A stretch of 64,000 bases of DNA from Ophelia neglecta. Its lineage: Eukaryota. A program made the translations under genes and the position numbers. Shown here piece by piece: positions 28,301-43,300 of this stretch (within the stretch, counting starts at the first letter, position 1; each line of letters begins with the position of its first letter). Location: assembly GCA_965285935.1 (NCBI GenBank), contig OZ260666.1, positions 61,690,001 through 61,754,000 of the forward strand, written 5' to 3'. Below the pieces are notes generated by a model. The model saw nothing but the letters and a program-made list of their open reading frames with translations, ran no database searches and was not told where the DNA came from.

Positions 28301-31300
28301 GTCCCTTATATTCCAACCATATTCAGTTCATTTTATTAGGCCTATGTCTTATTTCATTGCATGTAGATTTACACATTGGCAAAACAAGGATAGTCAAGCC
28401 ATATTAAAGGCAAGAATAATTAAGTAAATACACAAAACATACTAGTATTGAGGACAAGAATCTGCTCATGTGTCCTCTTGAAACTCAACAAAATAACAGA
28501 GAATCACTCTGAACCAAAAGAAATCATTTAAGTTTAACTTACAACTGAAAAAAATGGTGCAATTAATTATTAAATGCAGTGTTAGTGATTTATCTTTCAT
28601 ATGATGATAATTTCAAAATACCTAAAAATTATTTTATGATGGGACTTGTATTGAGGGACCATTTCATAAAATGATGAAGAGTTAAGTGCATGCTCACAAA
28701 GCCCGAGGAGAGAGCTAATGTAAGTAGTTTGTTGGCTGTAATGCACTCATCCATAGTCCCTAGGACCTGCCTGTAGGAGCCACCCTATTTCTGCGCAGAA
28801 TAATGGCATCCTAATTTTCACTTGTAAACAAACTCATTAAATATCATGGTGGGACAAAAACATGTTAGAATGGTACAGGGTAAAGACTGTTTTGTGGCTG
28901 CAAATTTTTGTAAAAAAGGCCAGGGACTCTCTAATGATGGCAGGAAGGAGGTACGAATAGGCACATACAGTAGCAATTACCCGACATGATACTTAGTAAT
29001 TGATATTTACTGGACAATTTTTATCCCTGACCGCCGTCATGTTACTAACCCGCTGTAAACTGCGACTCACACGTACAAATTGGATGACATGAAGTCATTG
29101 GATGACATGAAGTGAATCAGCATACTGGAAAGAATTTATTGTTCACCCTCAGCCATGATGTGGCGCCAGTAGTATTAGTAAAACACTGTTCTATTACAAG
29201 ATAAAGCTGCCTGATAACATGTGCTTCTGTACATATTGCAGTATGAGGTAAAGATAAGTTAGTGGATTGTCACATTTCAAAAATATAAATCATGATTGCT
29301 TATTATGAAAATCCCTGTACAGTCTGCCATATCTGAGTTCATGTTTCTTGTTGCAGTCTTCATTGAAAGGATTATGTTTGTGATGTTACTTGCAGGAGCC
29401 AGAGTTTAAGGATGAGCACGTCCAGCCTAACCAGGTATACGAGTACCGTGCTGTAGCCGAGAATGCTGGCGGAGAGTCAGAACCTAGTGATGCTTCCAAG
29501 CCAATCAAGGCCCGACCACTAAAACGTCAGTCTACTCCCAACACCCACAAGCTTGATTTACAACTAAGATAATAGGACATTGTCTTGTTTTACATTCTTG
29601 ACAACTCGGTAAACTCGTCCTATACTAAGCTCATGGTTTGTTACTTTATTTGTACAATTAACGGTCGATTTCATCTGACAATTTTATCACTTTTGACAGA
29701 GGCTCCCAAAGCTGACCTTGCCAACATGCTGGGAGGCAAAGACATCAGGGTGAGAGCTGGACAACCATTAAAGATTGACGTCCCCATTGAGGGATCCCCA
29801 GTACCTCTGGTCTCATGGAAAAAGGATGGCAAAGATGTACCTGAATCGTCCAGGGTAAGACTTACAGTTTAGTTTCTTTTTTATCTTGCTCTGTAGGAAA
29901 GAAGTCCTTGCTACTTGAACAATTACAATTCATAAGCCTTTACTTGTTTGCAAATTCTAGGGGTGGGGGTGGGGGAGACAGTTGAGATTGAAGTGGGGGG
30001 GGGGCTACTTAATTTGAAATATTAAAATATAATTTTTGAGAAATTGGCTCTGATTTCAGTGTACCCAGAAAAGCGATGATGACAAGGCAGTACTAGACAT
30101 ACCAATATCACGAAGAGATGACACTGGAAAGTACACTGTCAAACTCAAGAATGACTATGGAGAAGCCGAGGGGGACATCAATGTCATTGTTTTGGGTAAG
30201 TAGCTCGTCTTACATTTGATTGTACTATAGTATTTATTACTTTTAAACACCCTGCTTACCTCCACAACTTGACTGCATTCCCTAAACCTGCTGACATTAT
30301 TAAGAGGGCAGTATTGAAGCTTTACAGTGCTATGTTGGTTTACTCAGAAATTGCTGTCTGTAATAATAATATCAATCTTTTATTTTAAACCTTTGATTTT
30401 TCTACTGAATAGGTATAGTTATCATATTGTGTTATTTTTTCTCTTGTTTTGATTGTTTTATGCTCATGAAATTATAATTTACAAAAAGTGAAATACTGAG
30501 TTTAGCATTTCCTTACCACTTTTGCATTCACTTTATTTTGTTCATTGTTTTTATTTGGTCTAACCACTTTTAAGTTAACATTAAGATTAGTTTACTGCAC
30601 AAATATTTACTAAATAAACACTAAAATGCAGCTTAGAATAAAGCCTCTGGAGCTAGATTACTTAGTTAATATACTGGTTCTTAATCTAGATGCATAATAT
30701 TGCAAAATTCGGAAGTACTTGTATTTTAAAAGCCTGATGGTGTGAGAGTATTGGTATGCCACTTGAGAGCATTTCTCGGCAAACCACATTTTTGTCTCCT
30801 GTTCCAAGGACCCTGCTTACATCTTGAAAGGCTATTGTTGGGTGGTTAATGCCATGATTTGTATAAGTTGAGTTTTCTTTTTATCCAGACAAACCAGCTC
30901 CACCTGAGAATGTGAAAGCTAAGGATGTGTTTGAAGACCACTGTACCATTGCCTGGGAGCCTCCCAGTGATGATGGTGGTGGGGAAATCTCAGACTATCT
31001 GGTGGAGAAATGCCAGGAGGGTTACACTTTCTGGGAAAAATGTCCTGGTCTGGTAAAAGACAACACACTCAATGTGAAAGGTTTAGAGAAAGGCAAAAAG
31101 TACAAATTCCGTGTGAAGGCTGAGAATATGTATGGTATAAGTGAGCCAGGGGAGACAGATAAGGCTGTTTTGGCTAAGAACCCATATGGTGAGTACACCG
31201 GTAAAACCTTGCATACCATTTAACTGCATTCATAAGCCAATCTTTCATATCTTTGTACCATATGGTGTCTTCACCTTGATACTAACACTCACCCTGGTTT

Positions 31301-34300
31301 ATTCCGTTTCCAGAGGCGCCCACCGAACCACGTGATTGTGCAATAAGTGATTATGACAAGGAGTCGGTCACACTTAAATGGAAACCACCCAAAGATGATG
31401 GAGGCAATCCCATCAAAGGTAAGTAAAATACAGGATTATGGACCATATAACATACAGTGAAACATGTGAATTAACACCACCCAAGGGACTGGCAAATGGT
31501 TATCAGATTTTGGAGGTGGTCTCTCTTTAGACAGGTTATCTAACATTGAAAGTATACATCATGGTCCTCCTATTAGTGGTCTGGATTGGCAGGTGGTCTG
31601 ATATTAGAGGTGGTCTTTAAGGCAGATTTGACTGTATGTCTCAAGAAAATTATAATCAGTCAAAATTAAACTGTAGATAGTATAGTATATTTATAGTAGT
31701 TATAAGTTTGTGGTTGGTTTCTCAGGCTATCAACTGGAGAAGAAGCCAAAGAGAGGAGGACACTGGACCAAGGCCACACCACACCTAACCAAGCCAACAG
31801 ATACCTCTGCCAAGATTGACAACCTTCTCGAGGGAGATGAGTTAGAATTTCGTGTGGTAGCTGTGAATGAAGCTGGCCCTGGCAAACCCAGCCAGTCTAC
31901 TGGACCACATCGTGTTCGTGATCCCATTTGTAAGTCTCCCCATCATTCATAATACAAACCACTTAGACAATGGAATTTAAAATTCCACAGTTTTTTTTTC
32001 CTTTTTTACCTCTTGAAATATTGCAAAATAGAATTTTGGGCCAATTTTGAGTTTCTATACAATTCCTGTTCAGTATCAGACATCTGGTAATTTTTGTTAT
32101 CTAAAATTTATAATATTGCTATTAACAGTCCAGGCAGGCCCTCCTGGCCAACCCAATCTGGATGAGGTCACCCCCAAACACATCAAGTTGTCCTGGGACA
32201 ACCCTACTGATACTGGGGGTGGAGAAATCAAGGGATATATTGTGGAGAAAAAGACCAAAGATGGAGACTGGGAGGAAGTGCCAGGAATGGTTAAAACACC
32301 CGAGGCTACCGTCCCTACTAAGGAAGGGGAGGAGTACCAGTTCAGAGTGAAGGCTGTCAACGAAGTAGGTCCTGGTAAACCTAGCCGTCCAACAGCCCCA
32401 AAAGTGGCTGAAACACAACCAGAGAAACCATCTATTGATCTGTCTGGTATTAAGGACATTGTAGTGAAAAGAGGACAGGATATAAAGATCAAATTGCCTG
32501 TAAAAGGCTTCCCAGTTCCTACTGCGACATGGAAGCATGGTGACAAGGACCTCAAGGATTCTCCAAGGACAAAGGCAGATGTGAAGCCTGATGAAGTACT
32601 CCTCACCACAACTAAGGCTGAGAGAGGAGATACTGGCAAATACACAGTCAAGCTGAGCAATGACTCAGGCACATGTGAAGGCACAGTCAATGTCACTGTC
32701 CTTGCCCCGCCTGCTGCCCCTCAAGGACCACTTGAGGCTACAGATGTTGGACCTAACCATGTCACGCTCCAATGGAAACCACCAGCGGATGACGGCGGGA
32801 GAAAGCTTGAAAAATATGTCTTGGAGAAAAAGCCAAAAGGCGCCAAAAATTGGCAGAAGGTACCTGGTATAATTCGTCCAAATGAAACTGAAGCCACAGC
32901 CAAAAATCTGGAGAAGGGTGAAGAATACGACTTCCGTGTTGTCGCTGTCAATGAGGAAGGCGAGAGTGAGCCTCTTGAAACTAAGGCTGCAATCAAAGCT
33001 AAGCATCCTTTTGGTAAGTGAAGGATTTACAAGTTATACTAATGGATCTTCATCAGCAAGCCTGTCTTATATATTCATATAAAATAGTTAACTAGTGTTT
33101 TACCTGTATTTTGTAACCCCCAGATCCTCCTGGTAAACCAGGAGAACCTGAATGTGAAGCTACCACTGTGGATTCTATCACCTTGACATGGGACAAACCT
33201 CTCAAGGATGGAGGTAAACCAATCAAGGGATACATTGTGGAGAAAAGAGAAAAGGGATCCAAGAAATGGACCAAGTAGGTTACAAGTCTGATAACATTCA
33301 ATGTGGCAAACATTATCAAACAATACAAACTCTTATTTATGACCCATATAAATAAATCAAACCACAAAGTGAAAGCAAAAACAAAATTCTATTGAGTTAA
33401 ATATATATATTGTGTTTGGAAATGCAAGTAACAAACTTGTCTGATTTCTGCCAAATGTTTATCAGCTCATGCTCAGCCTATAACACTTCCTCCCTGTCAA
33501 TTTCACCCTCCCAGCCCCATTAGATGTTGTTAAGGGGTTAAGTCACCATATTGTTGTACAGCAAGTGTTATAGGTACTAGGGTAGTGCCACTTATCCTAA
33601 ACAAATTTCCCACACCTATAAAGTTTATATACGAAATATAGTATCTGTGACCCTATGGTTGCAAAGCAACAGCCACATGATGGCCACGGTGGTATACGTA
33701 CCCTACTTTTCTTTTTTCAATAAGTGTAAATACACAAGGCATGACTTAGTGTTCACTGCTTGTAGAGCCACTCCAAGGGAGGTACCTGATGAGGAGTGTA
33801 CTGTGAAGGGGCTGATAGAAGGCAAGCCGTACGAGTTCCGTGTGGCGGCTGTCAATGATGCCGGGCCGGGTGAATGGGCCGAAGGAGAAAAAGCATTTAA
33901 ACCTGCACCACCACCTAGTATGTATTTCTGAAGCTATGCACTATATGGTTATCGATTTAGGTCTAAGTGGGAAGAACTGTGAAATAATGAGTAATGACAT
34001 TAACAAGTCTCATCTTAGTGTAATAACAAACAACAGGCAAAAAAGCCAATAATAATTGTTGTATGACTCTACATACTTTTTCCTTTCAAATCTTTTAGGT
34101 GCTCCTAAGATTGTGATGGATCCATTTGGACAAACTGTCAAGGCACATGTGGGTGAACCATTCAGAGTGAAGATCCCATTCAAGGGCAGCCCCATTCCTG
34201 ATTCAACCTGGTTCAATGTGAGCAAAAACCATTTGAATAAATAATCACACAGTTTCTCACAATGAGGCACCTTATATGTAGGGTTTTTTATCTGGTATTT

Positions 34301-37300
34301 CGGTATATCTTTTTATATTTCCAGGGAGGTAAAGAAATCACTCCAGATAGCCGTATATCTTTCGAGACAAACCCTGGTGATCCTCTTGGGGAGGTTGTGA
34401 TGGTCTGCAAATCTGCGGTGAGAGATGATGAAGGAAAATACAGCATCACCCTAAAGAACCCTAAAGGCCAGGACACCGTATCTGTCAACGTGGCGGTATT
34501 AGGTACATGATCACTTTGTTTAGTACATGGATGTGACAGTATGGCTTGTACGCTCTTATACTTACCACATTATCTGGTATCTAGTCAGTCCAAACTTCGG
34601 GGTAGGGGGTACTTATGAATCACTGTGAACATCTGTCCATCCATTCATCCTTGGTCTTGGGGTAGTACATGTACTTGTTTCTCACAGCAATATTGGATTT
34701 CTCTGAAATTTGAAGAAAATGTTGTGTAGATGTGCATAGATTTAGGAAATTATGCTTTGCCAATTTGTTCAGGTCTAAATATGGTCATTCATACTTATAA
34801 TATTTTAAAAATATTATGATGAGAATAGAATATTTAATAATTTTATGTGATTTTCATAAGTACATCACCTATCCCAATATTTGACAGATTATATTGAAAG
34901 TGGGCAGTGAAAGAACATGTCTGTTATTGGGCATGAGAAAAAGGAGTTGTGTTCCTCACGGCTTTTGAGGCCAATGACGAGTGAAATGTTGGGCATTTTT
35001 CTTTTTTGAGGGGCTCCACTCATTAAGTGGGATATGTCATTTGTTAATCTTATCATGATGTTATATTTTGTTTTGGCAGACAAGCCAGGTGTTCCTGGGG
35101 GACCTCTCGAGGCGTCTAAGGTCACACCCGAGTCTTGTAAGCTGGCCTGGCACCCACCAAAAGATGATGGAGGCTCCCCTATCAGTCACTATGTAGTAGA
35201 GAAGAAGGACAAGTCTTCTGGAAGGTGGACACCAGTCAACAAGTTCTGCCGCACTCCGGAATGTGATGTAGGAGATTTAGATGAGGGAGAAGAATATGAA
35301 TTTCGTGTGGCTGCTGTCAATGACAATGGTACAAGTGAACCACTGGTTACAGATACACCAATTACAGCCAAACATCCATTTGGTAAGACACTTTTATCAA
35401 GGTAGACAACTTCAAATCCACTGAGGGACTTATTGAAAGATGAGCATTATCCTGTGTTAATTGAGACCATTACACTTTGAATGTTCTTGATTTAAATTTA
35501 TTTATTGGATTGACCAATTGAAAATTCTTTTTATACAGACACACCCGATTCTCCGGGAACTCCTGAAATTGACGATGTTGATGAGGACTTTGTCAAGCTC
35601 TCCTGGACTAAACCTAAGAAAGATGGTGGAGATAAAATCATTGGTTATGTAGTGGAAAAGAAGGAGAAGGGTGCTAAAAAATGGACCCCAGTCAATGAAA
35701 GGTTCCCATGTAAGGACACCAAAATAGTGGTCAATGATGTCGAGCCAAACAAGGACTATGAGTTCCGAGTGAGAGCCAAGAACAGGGCTGGTCTTGGTAA
35801 ACCAAGTGAAGAGTCGAAGATGGTCACCACCAAACCAAAACCAAGTAAACAGATTTGGCACTTCAATATTATTGCTTAACACAGCATTTTGTTAAAAACA
35901 ATGCAGTGAGCTCAGATAATTACATGTACATTTTATATTGACCAGAGAAAGCTGGCATGCCTGGAACTCCAACAGTGGAAGATGTCAACAAGAACTCCGT
36001 GGACCTGGCATGGTCAAAACCTAGGAATGATGGTGGAAGTCCCATTAAAGGTATAGTTGTGACAAGGTCAACAAACCTAAAATGGCTGCTCTCAAATGCT
36101 ACATGTTTAATACATGCAGGCAATGTTTTTTTGGAATAAAGACACAAAGTATAATTGTTATTTAATCAACAGGATATCAAATAGAAAAGAAAAAGATTGG
36201 TCAAGACTGGGAGAAGGTCAATGACCGACCAATTCCTACAGAGAGTTTCACAATACCAGATCTTGAAGAGAATGAGGAATATGAATTCCGTGTAGCTGCC
36301 ATCACAGATGCTGGAGTGGGAGAAGAAAGTCTAGCTACTGCTCCAGTCAAAGTCAAGAAAAAAATACGTAAGCTAACAGTTTGCTACAGCTCTGTCAAGA
36401 AAAGAACATGTCAGCTAGCAAATATTATGTCAGATTATATCTTAAATATGGACAGTGATGAAATTTATCTTCAAGAATTTATAACTTAAAAAAACTACCT
36501 CAGAATCATATGGGACCGTCCAGGCGATGTTCATTTTCTATTGGCTACCAGGCATTTTTTATTTTATTTTATTTTTTTAAAGCTGTCACAGTGTCTGTCA
36601 CTAGCAGCAAAATCCTTTCCCTAACCATGTGGCTAAAGTGGGTGTAAAATTCCAGCCAAATATATTAACAAGCCAATTTTTCCACAACCTATATGTTTAA
36701 TACAATGTTTCTGTTTAACTTGGGAAGTTTAAATGTCAGTCGATTAAGGTTTTGGACCCCTACATATATTCTATTACTTTAAACAGCCGAAACAGTCCCA
36801 GAGTTTGACTCCAAACTTCGCAATGCCACTGCTAAGCTAGGCGATGATGCTGTTTTTGAGGTGGAACCAAATGGACATCCTAAACCCACGGTTAAATGGT
36901 AAGCAAATTTAAAACTTATAGTACCTTAACTTGCATGTTTGTTTTAAGTTTGAAAAGATATTAAATATGTCATCAGTTTACCAAGACAACCAATTGTGTA
37001 TAAAGGTACAAGGACGGAGTGCCTATCATTCCTGGTTCCAAGTACCGCATCAAGGAGGATGGAGACAAGGTTCAGCTCATTGTGAAGGATGTAGATGAGG
37101 ATGATGATGGAGAGATCACCTGTGAACTGGTGAACTCCAAGGGACGTGATGAGAGCAAAGCCAAACTCAAAGTCCAAAGTAAGTTTCAATAAAGCAAAAC
37201 TTAAAATAACGAAATGTACAATCTCTTGCAGCTAAGTTTTCTAACTTTGCAGCCTTCACACCTCTCTGTGACCACTCAGACTATAAACGCCTTAATGTTT

Positions 37301-40300
37301 GTTACAGAGCCACCAGAAGAGCCTAAAGATGTGGTCATTGCTGACTTTGACAAGGGCTCTGTCACACTCAAGTGGAAACATCCCACAGATGATGGAGGCT
37401 CTCCAATCACAGGTGGGTTCAAAGTTCATCAAGAATTGGTTCTATAAATAATGATTTGTGATAAAATTTAAGCAATCTCACTTTTGTGTTTTCATATCAT
37501 GACTTTGCTTGACCTTACCAGGATACCAACTGGAAAAGAAGCCTGCCAGAGGAGGCTCCTGGCAAAAGGCTAGCCCAAAACTAATAGATCCCAGCAAATC
37601 AACTGGAAAGATCGAGGGTCTGACAGAGGGAGACAACTTGGAGTTCCGTGTGGTGCCTGTTAATGATGTAGGACCTGGTAAACCTAGCAAGTCCACAGGG
37701 CCACACAAAGTCAGGGACCCAGTCCGTGAGTAGTTTGTACCCCTTCACAGTCAAATCACTTGGTATATACTACTCAACATCCGTCTGGCATATTAATGTA
37801 ACACAATATGGTATGTTTTAGATTCAGCTGGATCTCCTGGTCAACCTAAGTTGGATGAGATCACCCCCAACCACATCAAGCTGTCCTGGGACAAACCCAT
37901 TGAAGATGGAGGAGCACCAATTGAGGGTTACATTGTAGAGAAAAAGACCAAAGACGGAGACTGGGAGGACGTTCCCGGAATGGTGAAGGGTAATGATGTC
38001 AGTGTACCTGTCAAGGAAGGGGAGGAGTACCAGTTCAGGGTGAAGGCTGTCAACTCTGCAGGGGAAGGAAACCCCAGCAGACCTACAGCCCCTGTCAAGG
38101 CTGAGAAACAGCCAGAGAAACCCTCCATCGATCTATCAGGTATCAAGGACATTACTGTGAAGGCAGGACAGGATATCAAAATAGCTCTGCCTATTAAAGG
38201 GTTCCCAACTCCGAAGGCTGTGTGGAAAAAGGATGATGACGATGTGCAGGACTCCCTGAGAACTTCAACTGATGTAAAAAAAATTTGCAATGTCATCGAA
38301 AATTTGAAATTCCGTATGGTATCATACCGTTATTGATTCAGTTTATAGTATTGGCTTAATAGTTGATAGAAATATCTGGATAACATCAAAAAAAGCAAAA
38401 GTGACAAGCAGAGTTAACTCTGGGCTATTTCAAATTGTTAGTGACAGATCTTGTGTTATAAAACTAACACTTTAAACCAAAGAAGTTAACAATTTATTTG
38501 CTTAAGTACTAGGAGAAATCTCAGAAGCTGGAGTAAGTAGATAATCAAGACAAAATTAATGAGACAACTATATATCATCTCCTGTAACTTACTGGCTCAT
38601 CAGTACTTTCTTATAAACTAACCATTGTGTTTATTAAATAGGTTAAACCAGATCAAGTTACCCTGACCACATCCAAAGCCAAACGGGGAGACACTGGAAA
38701 GTACAAGGTACGTCTTACCAACGATTCTGGAACAGTGGAGGCTGAAGTCAATGTTATTGTACTGGACAAACCTGCCTCCCCAGGAGGTCCTTTGGAACCA
38801 GTGAAAGTTAGTCCAAATGCTATCACGGTTGCTTGGAAACCCCCCAAGGATGATGGTGGTGCTAAGATTGACAAATATGTCTTGGAGAAGAAGCCCAAGG
38901 GAGCAAAAAGATGGCAAAAAGTACCTGGACATATAGGTCCGAATGACACAGAAGCAACAGCTGGTAATCTGGAAAAGGGAGAGGAATATGACTTCCGTGT
39001 GATGGCCGTAAACGAGAATGGAGAGAGTGAGCCCCTGGAGACAGAGGAAGCCATCAAGGCTAAGCACCCTTTTGGTAAGTGTGATATGCATATTAGAGTG
39101 TACTGCTGGTTATTGTGCAAACAGAGTCCCACAATACCTCAATATATAAGGTATCAAATAAAAATGATTTTTTATTGAGGCATGAATTAATGTTAACATT
39201 GTAGATCCTCCTGGAAAGCCTGGAGAACCAGAATGTGCTGGAACAACTCCAGATTCTATTACATTGACCTGGGATAAACCTCTGAAGGATGGTGGCAAAC
39301 CCATTACTGGTTATGTTGTAGAGAAAAGAGAGAAGGGTTCCAAGAGATGGACAAAGTAAGCAAACCGATAATGGAACATTTCTGCAATGTCATGCTCATC
39401 ATTTGAAATAAAGAATATATTATGTTTTTCTGTTTTTCTCATAAGAGCTGTACATGGAGAAGTACCTGATGAGGAGTGTACTGTGAAGGGACTGATAGAA
39501 GGCAAGCCGTATGAGTTCCGTGTGGCCGCTGTCAATGAGGCCGGACCAGGTGAATGGGCTGAGGCAGATAAGCCATTCACCCCAGCAAAACCTCCAAGTA
39601 AGAAACACTACTTTACTCATCTTCCATATTAAAGAGACTCAATATTAAAATTTATTTAAAAATAAAGGAAACAGCAGTATGCTTTATTATCTTTTATTGC
39701 AGTAGTTCCATCTAATATTTCTTTTTGTTTCAAGGTGCTCCAAAAGTTGTCCTAGATCCATTTGGTAACGACATTAAGGTCAATGCTGGAGAACCATTTA
39801 GAGTTAAAATCCCTTTCAAGGGAAGTCCACTACCTGAGTCCACTTGGTTCAATGTAAGCTATTATGTTTTATCTTGCGCTCAATATGTAAATCAGAGTTT
39901 GCTATAGGATTTGTTTGTGCATTTTCCCAAAAGTATTTAAGAATACCCCCTGTATTTTACAGGAGGGTACAGAAATTAAGCCAGATGATCGTATCAGTTT
40001 TGATACTGTTGCTGGTGATCCCCTTGGTGAGGTGACAATGATCTGTAAATCAGCAAAGAAAGATGACCAAGGAAAATACACAATAACACTAAAGAACCCA
40101 AAAGGATCAGACACCGTTGCTGTTAAAGTAACAGTCATAGGTAGGTTGAAAATATCTCAACATGCCCTTATATATATTTTATGAGAGTCGCTATACATGT
40201 ATTCAGTCTACAATAGTTAACATACCAAAGGTGTAAACTATATATTTACCTTGATACAGACAAGCCAGGAGTGCCTGGTGGCCCTCTGGAGGCGTCCAAC

Positions 40301-43300
40301 ATCAGGCCAGACTCCTTAAAACTAGCGTGGAACCCACCTAAAGATGATGGAGGCTCCCCCGTAAGCCATTATGTAGTAGAGAAGAAGGACAAGTCTTCTG
40401 GCAGGTGGACTCCTGTCAGTAAGTTCTGTCGTCATCCAGAGTGCGACGTGGGAGACCTGGATGAAGGAGAGGACTACGAGTTCCGGGTGTCTGCTGTTAA
40501 TGACAATGGTCAGAGTGAGCCTCTGACTACAACAGGGCCCATCACAGCTAAATATCCTTTTGGTAGGCCTTTATTTACCCAGTTCAATCTGAGTTTGATA
40601 CAAAATATATAAATCTTTCTCCAACCAAGGTGTGGGGCAAAAGTTATAGTTTCCCATAATTCAGAAAAAAATGAAGTATGAATAAATGAAAAGTAATATA
40701 TATTTCTTGGCATTCCTTCTTTAAAACAATCTGAAACTGGTTTCTATGCCGCAATCATAATGAGTCTACTGTGGTCCTTTTTGTAATAGATGTAAATTTG
40801 GTCCTTTCATAGATACTCCCGGATCTCCTGGAGCTCCGGAAATTGATGATGTTGATGAGGACTTTGTCAAACTGTCCTGGACCAAGCCTAGGAAGGATGG
40901 AGGAGACCCTGTCACTGGTTATGTTATAGAGATGAAGGAGGTAGGAGAGAAAAAATGGAAGCCAGTGAATTCCAGGTTTCCTTGCCGAGACACCAAGATG
41001 GTGGTTGGTGATGTCGAGCCAAACAAGGACTACGAGTTCCGTGTCAAGGCTGTAAACAGAGCAGGTCAAGGTTCACCCAGTGATGAGTCGAAGGTGGTCA
41101 CCACTAAACCAAAGCCAAGTTAGTGTTTATACACAAGCTAGATTTAGCTAAATATGTTATTGAGCAGCTGATGTCAATGCTGATAGATAAAAAGACAGAT
41201 AAGGTGTAATATATGTACTTGCTAGTTTGAATAAATTGCACATTGCAGAGAAAGCTGGAATGCCCAGTACACCAAGGGTTGATGATGTGGGTAAAAACAA
41301 TGTTGCCCTGTCATGGGACAAACCAAAAGATGATGGTGGAAGCCCAATAAAAGGTATGATCTCTTTTAAATTGGAAAAGATATGGTGGTTCTGATTTCGT
41401 GTGAATGTATATATTTATGACTATGATCTTATTGAGATGGTTTTGTCAACATTCCCATTTAATTTTCCTAGGATACCAAGTAGAGAAGAAAAAGCCAGGT
41501 GGTGGCTGGGAGAAAGTCAATGACCGTCCAATTCCAGGGGAGAGTTTCACAGTGCCGGATTTAGATGAGGGTGAGGAATATGAATTCCGAGTGGCTGCTG
41601 TCACAGATGCTGGTACCGGAGACCCAAGCTTTGCTACCGCTCCGGTCAAAGTCAAGCAAAAAATACGTGAGCAAATCATATTGTACCCTACAGCAAAGAC
41701 ATTTATTTTAGTAAGCTTCATTTTCATAAATTTCCAATGCAGATCTACCAATATTCCATGATCCTTTTCACTTACAAACAGCTGAGACAGTACCTGAGTT
41801 CAACGCGAAACCTCGTAATGCCACTGCCAAGTTGGGAGAAGACGCAGTGTTTGAGGTAGAGCCAAATGGACATCCCAAGCCAGAAGTCAAGTGGTAAGTA
41901 GTTCTTATTTGAGAATGGTCAGAAGTACTAAAAGTGTGCAGGTAATGCGGGCTACAGTGTGAACATAACACGTTTTCAGTTTACGTGAACAAACTACAAA
42001 TGGACCCAGTAAACTGGCATTGATGCAACATAAACCTAACTGGCTGATTTATGTAGAAAGATGTATAACTTTCTAATTCTTAAAGTATATTAAAGAGCTG
42101 AGGAGGTACATGTATTTATCATTACAATTGACCCAACATGCAATACCATTCGCCATCTGGTGGGCATCGCAGAACTAAGGTTTTGGACTTCCTGGTCGAC
42201 CACTTTTCGCGAGTTACTGCGCAGCCTGCCGCGCAGTTTAAACAGGTGTAGCTTTCTCAGGGCTGACACCGCTCATGGCCTGACAGGCTGTCCCCAGTTA
42301 TTCCACGCGAAGTATTTGGGATCTCCGATGGCAACTCCTCGATAATTGTTCAATTGTTCTGGGTCAAAGTATCTTGAACACAGTGTAGATCTTTTGTTTA
42401 TATTTAATTTGTCCACGATCATGCTGTTTTCCTTCAACGATTTGCCTTCTCTTCGTACCAGGCGCCGCCATCTTGCCACGGCCGCCGGGTCGTCTCGGGG
42501 CCATTTAACCCAAGATATTTCTGCCATCCAAGGATACTTGTCCAGATGGTTAATTTTTCTGCTATGCGAGAAGCACTCTGCTGCCTCGCAGATAAAAACC
42601 ATCTAATGATCTTCCTTTCATTCGTTTGTAACCTCAAAATAACGTTAGACCGCGACGATCTCAGCAGACCATGTAAGACGCCATGCAATGTTTATGAGAG
42701 CTTGGGTACGCCTACTGTTTTGGTCGACTTTTTTCCGCAATGCATTGCGCGATCGTAGTTCTGCGATGCCCACCAGATGGCGAATTGTATTGCAGGTTGG
42801 GTGAATAGGAAGCCTTGTAGTTTTGTACTGCTCACCATATAGTTATTTCTCAACAGGTACAAGGATGGAGTGCCTATCATTCCTGGTGCCAAGTACCGCA
42901 TCAAGGAGGATGGAGACAAGGTTCAGCTCATTGTGAAGGATGTAGATGAGGATGATGATGGAGAGATCACCTGTGAACTGGTCAACTCCAAGGGACGCGA
43001 TGAGACCAAGGCAAAACTCAAAGTCCAAAGTAAGTTTCAATAAAGTGTTGAAAATGCATGCCACCTAAATTAAAAGGAAAGTAGATATGAATCAGTGGAA
43101 TGACCCCTGAAGAAGTCAAAGCAAGGGACACCTGAGAACTTGATAGCCTAGGCCTTCTAACCATGCTGTTGACGGTTGTATCTCAATTTTGCTCAAGGCT
43201 GTAGCTGAGATGTCAAATCTGTCAACTTGGTGTGACGCACCCACCACCCTCCCCCTGCCCAAATACCCTACCACTTCCTTTCAGCCTTCTACTGCTACCC

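Noticed and set aside
42141-42792. P-element interpretation of the THAP element (CAATAC ends)
   Set aside because: The inverted repeat extends 9 bp further out and no 7-8-bp direct repeat flanks either boundary.
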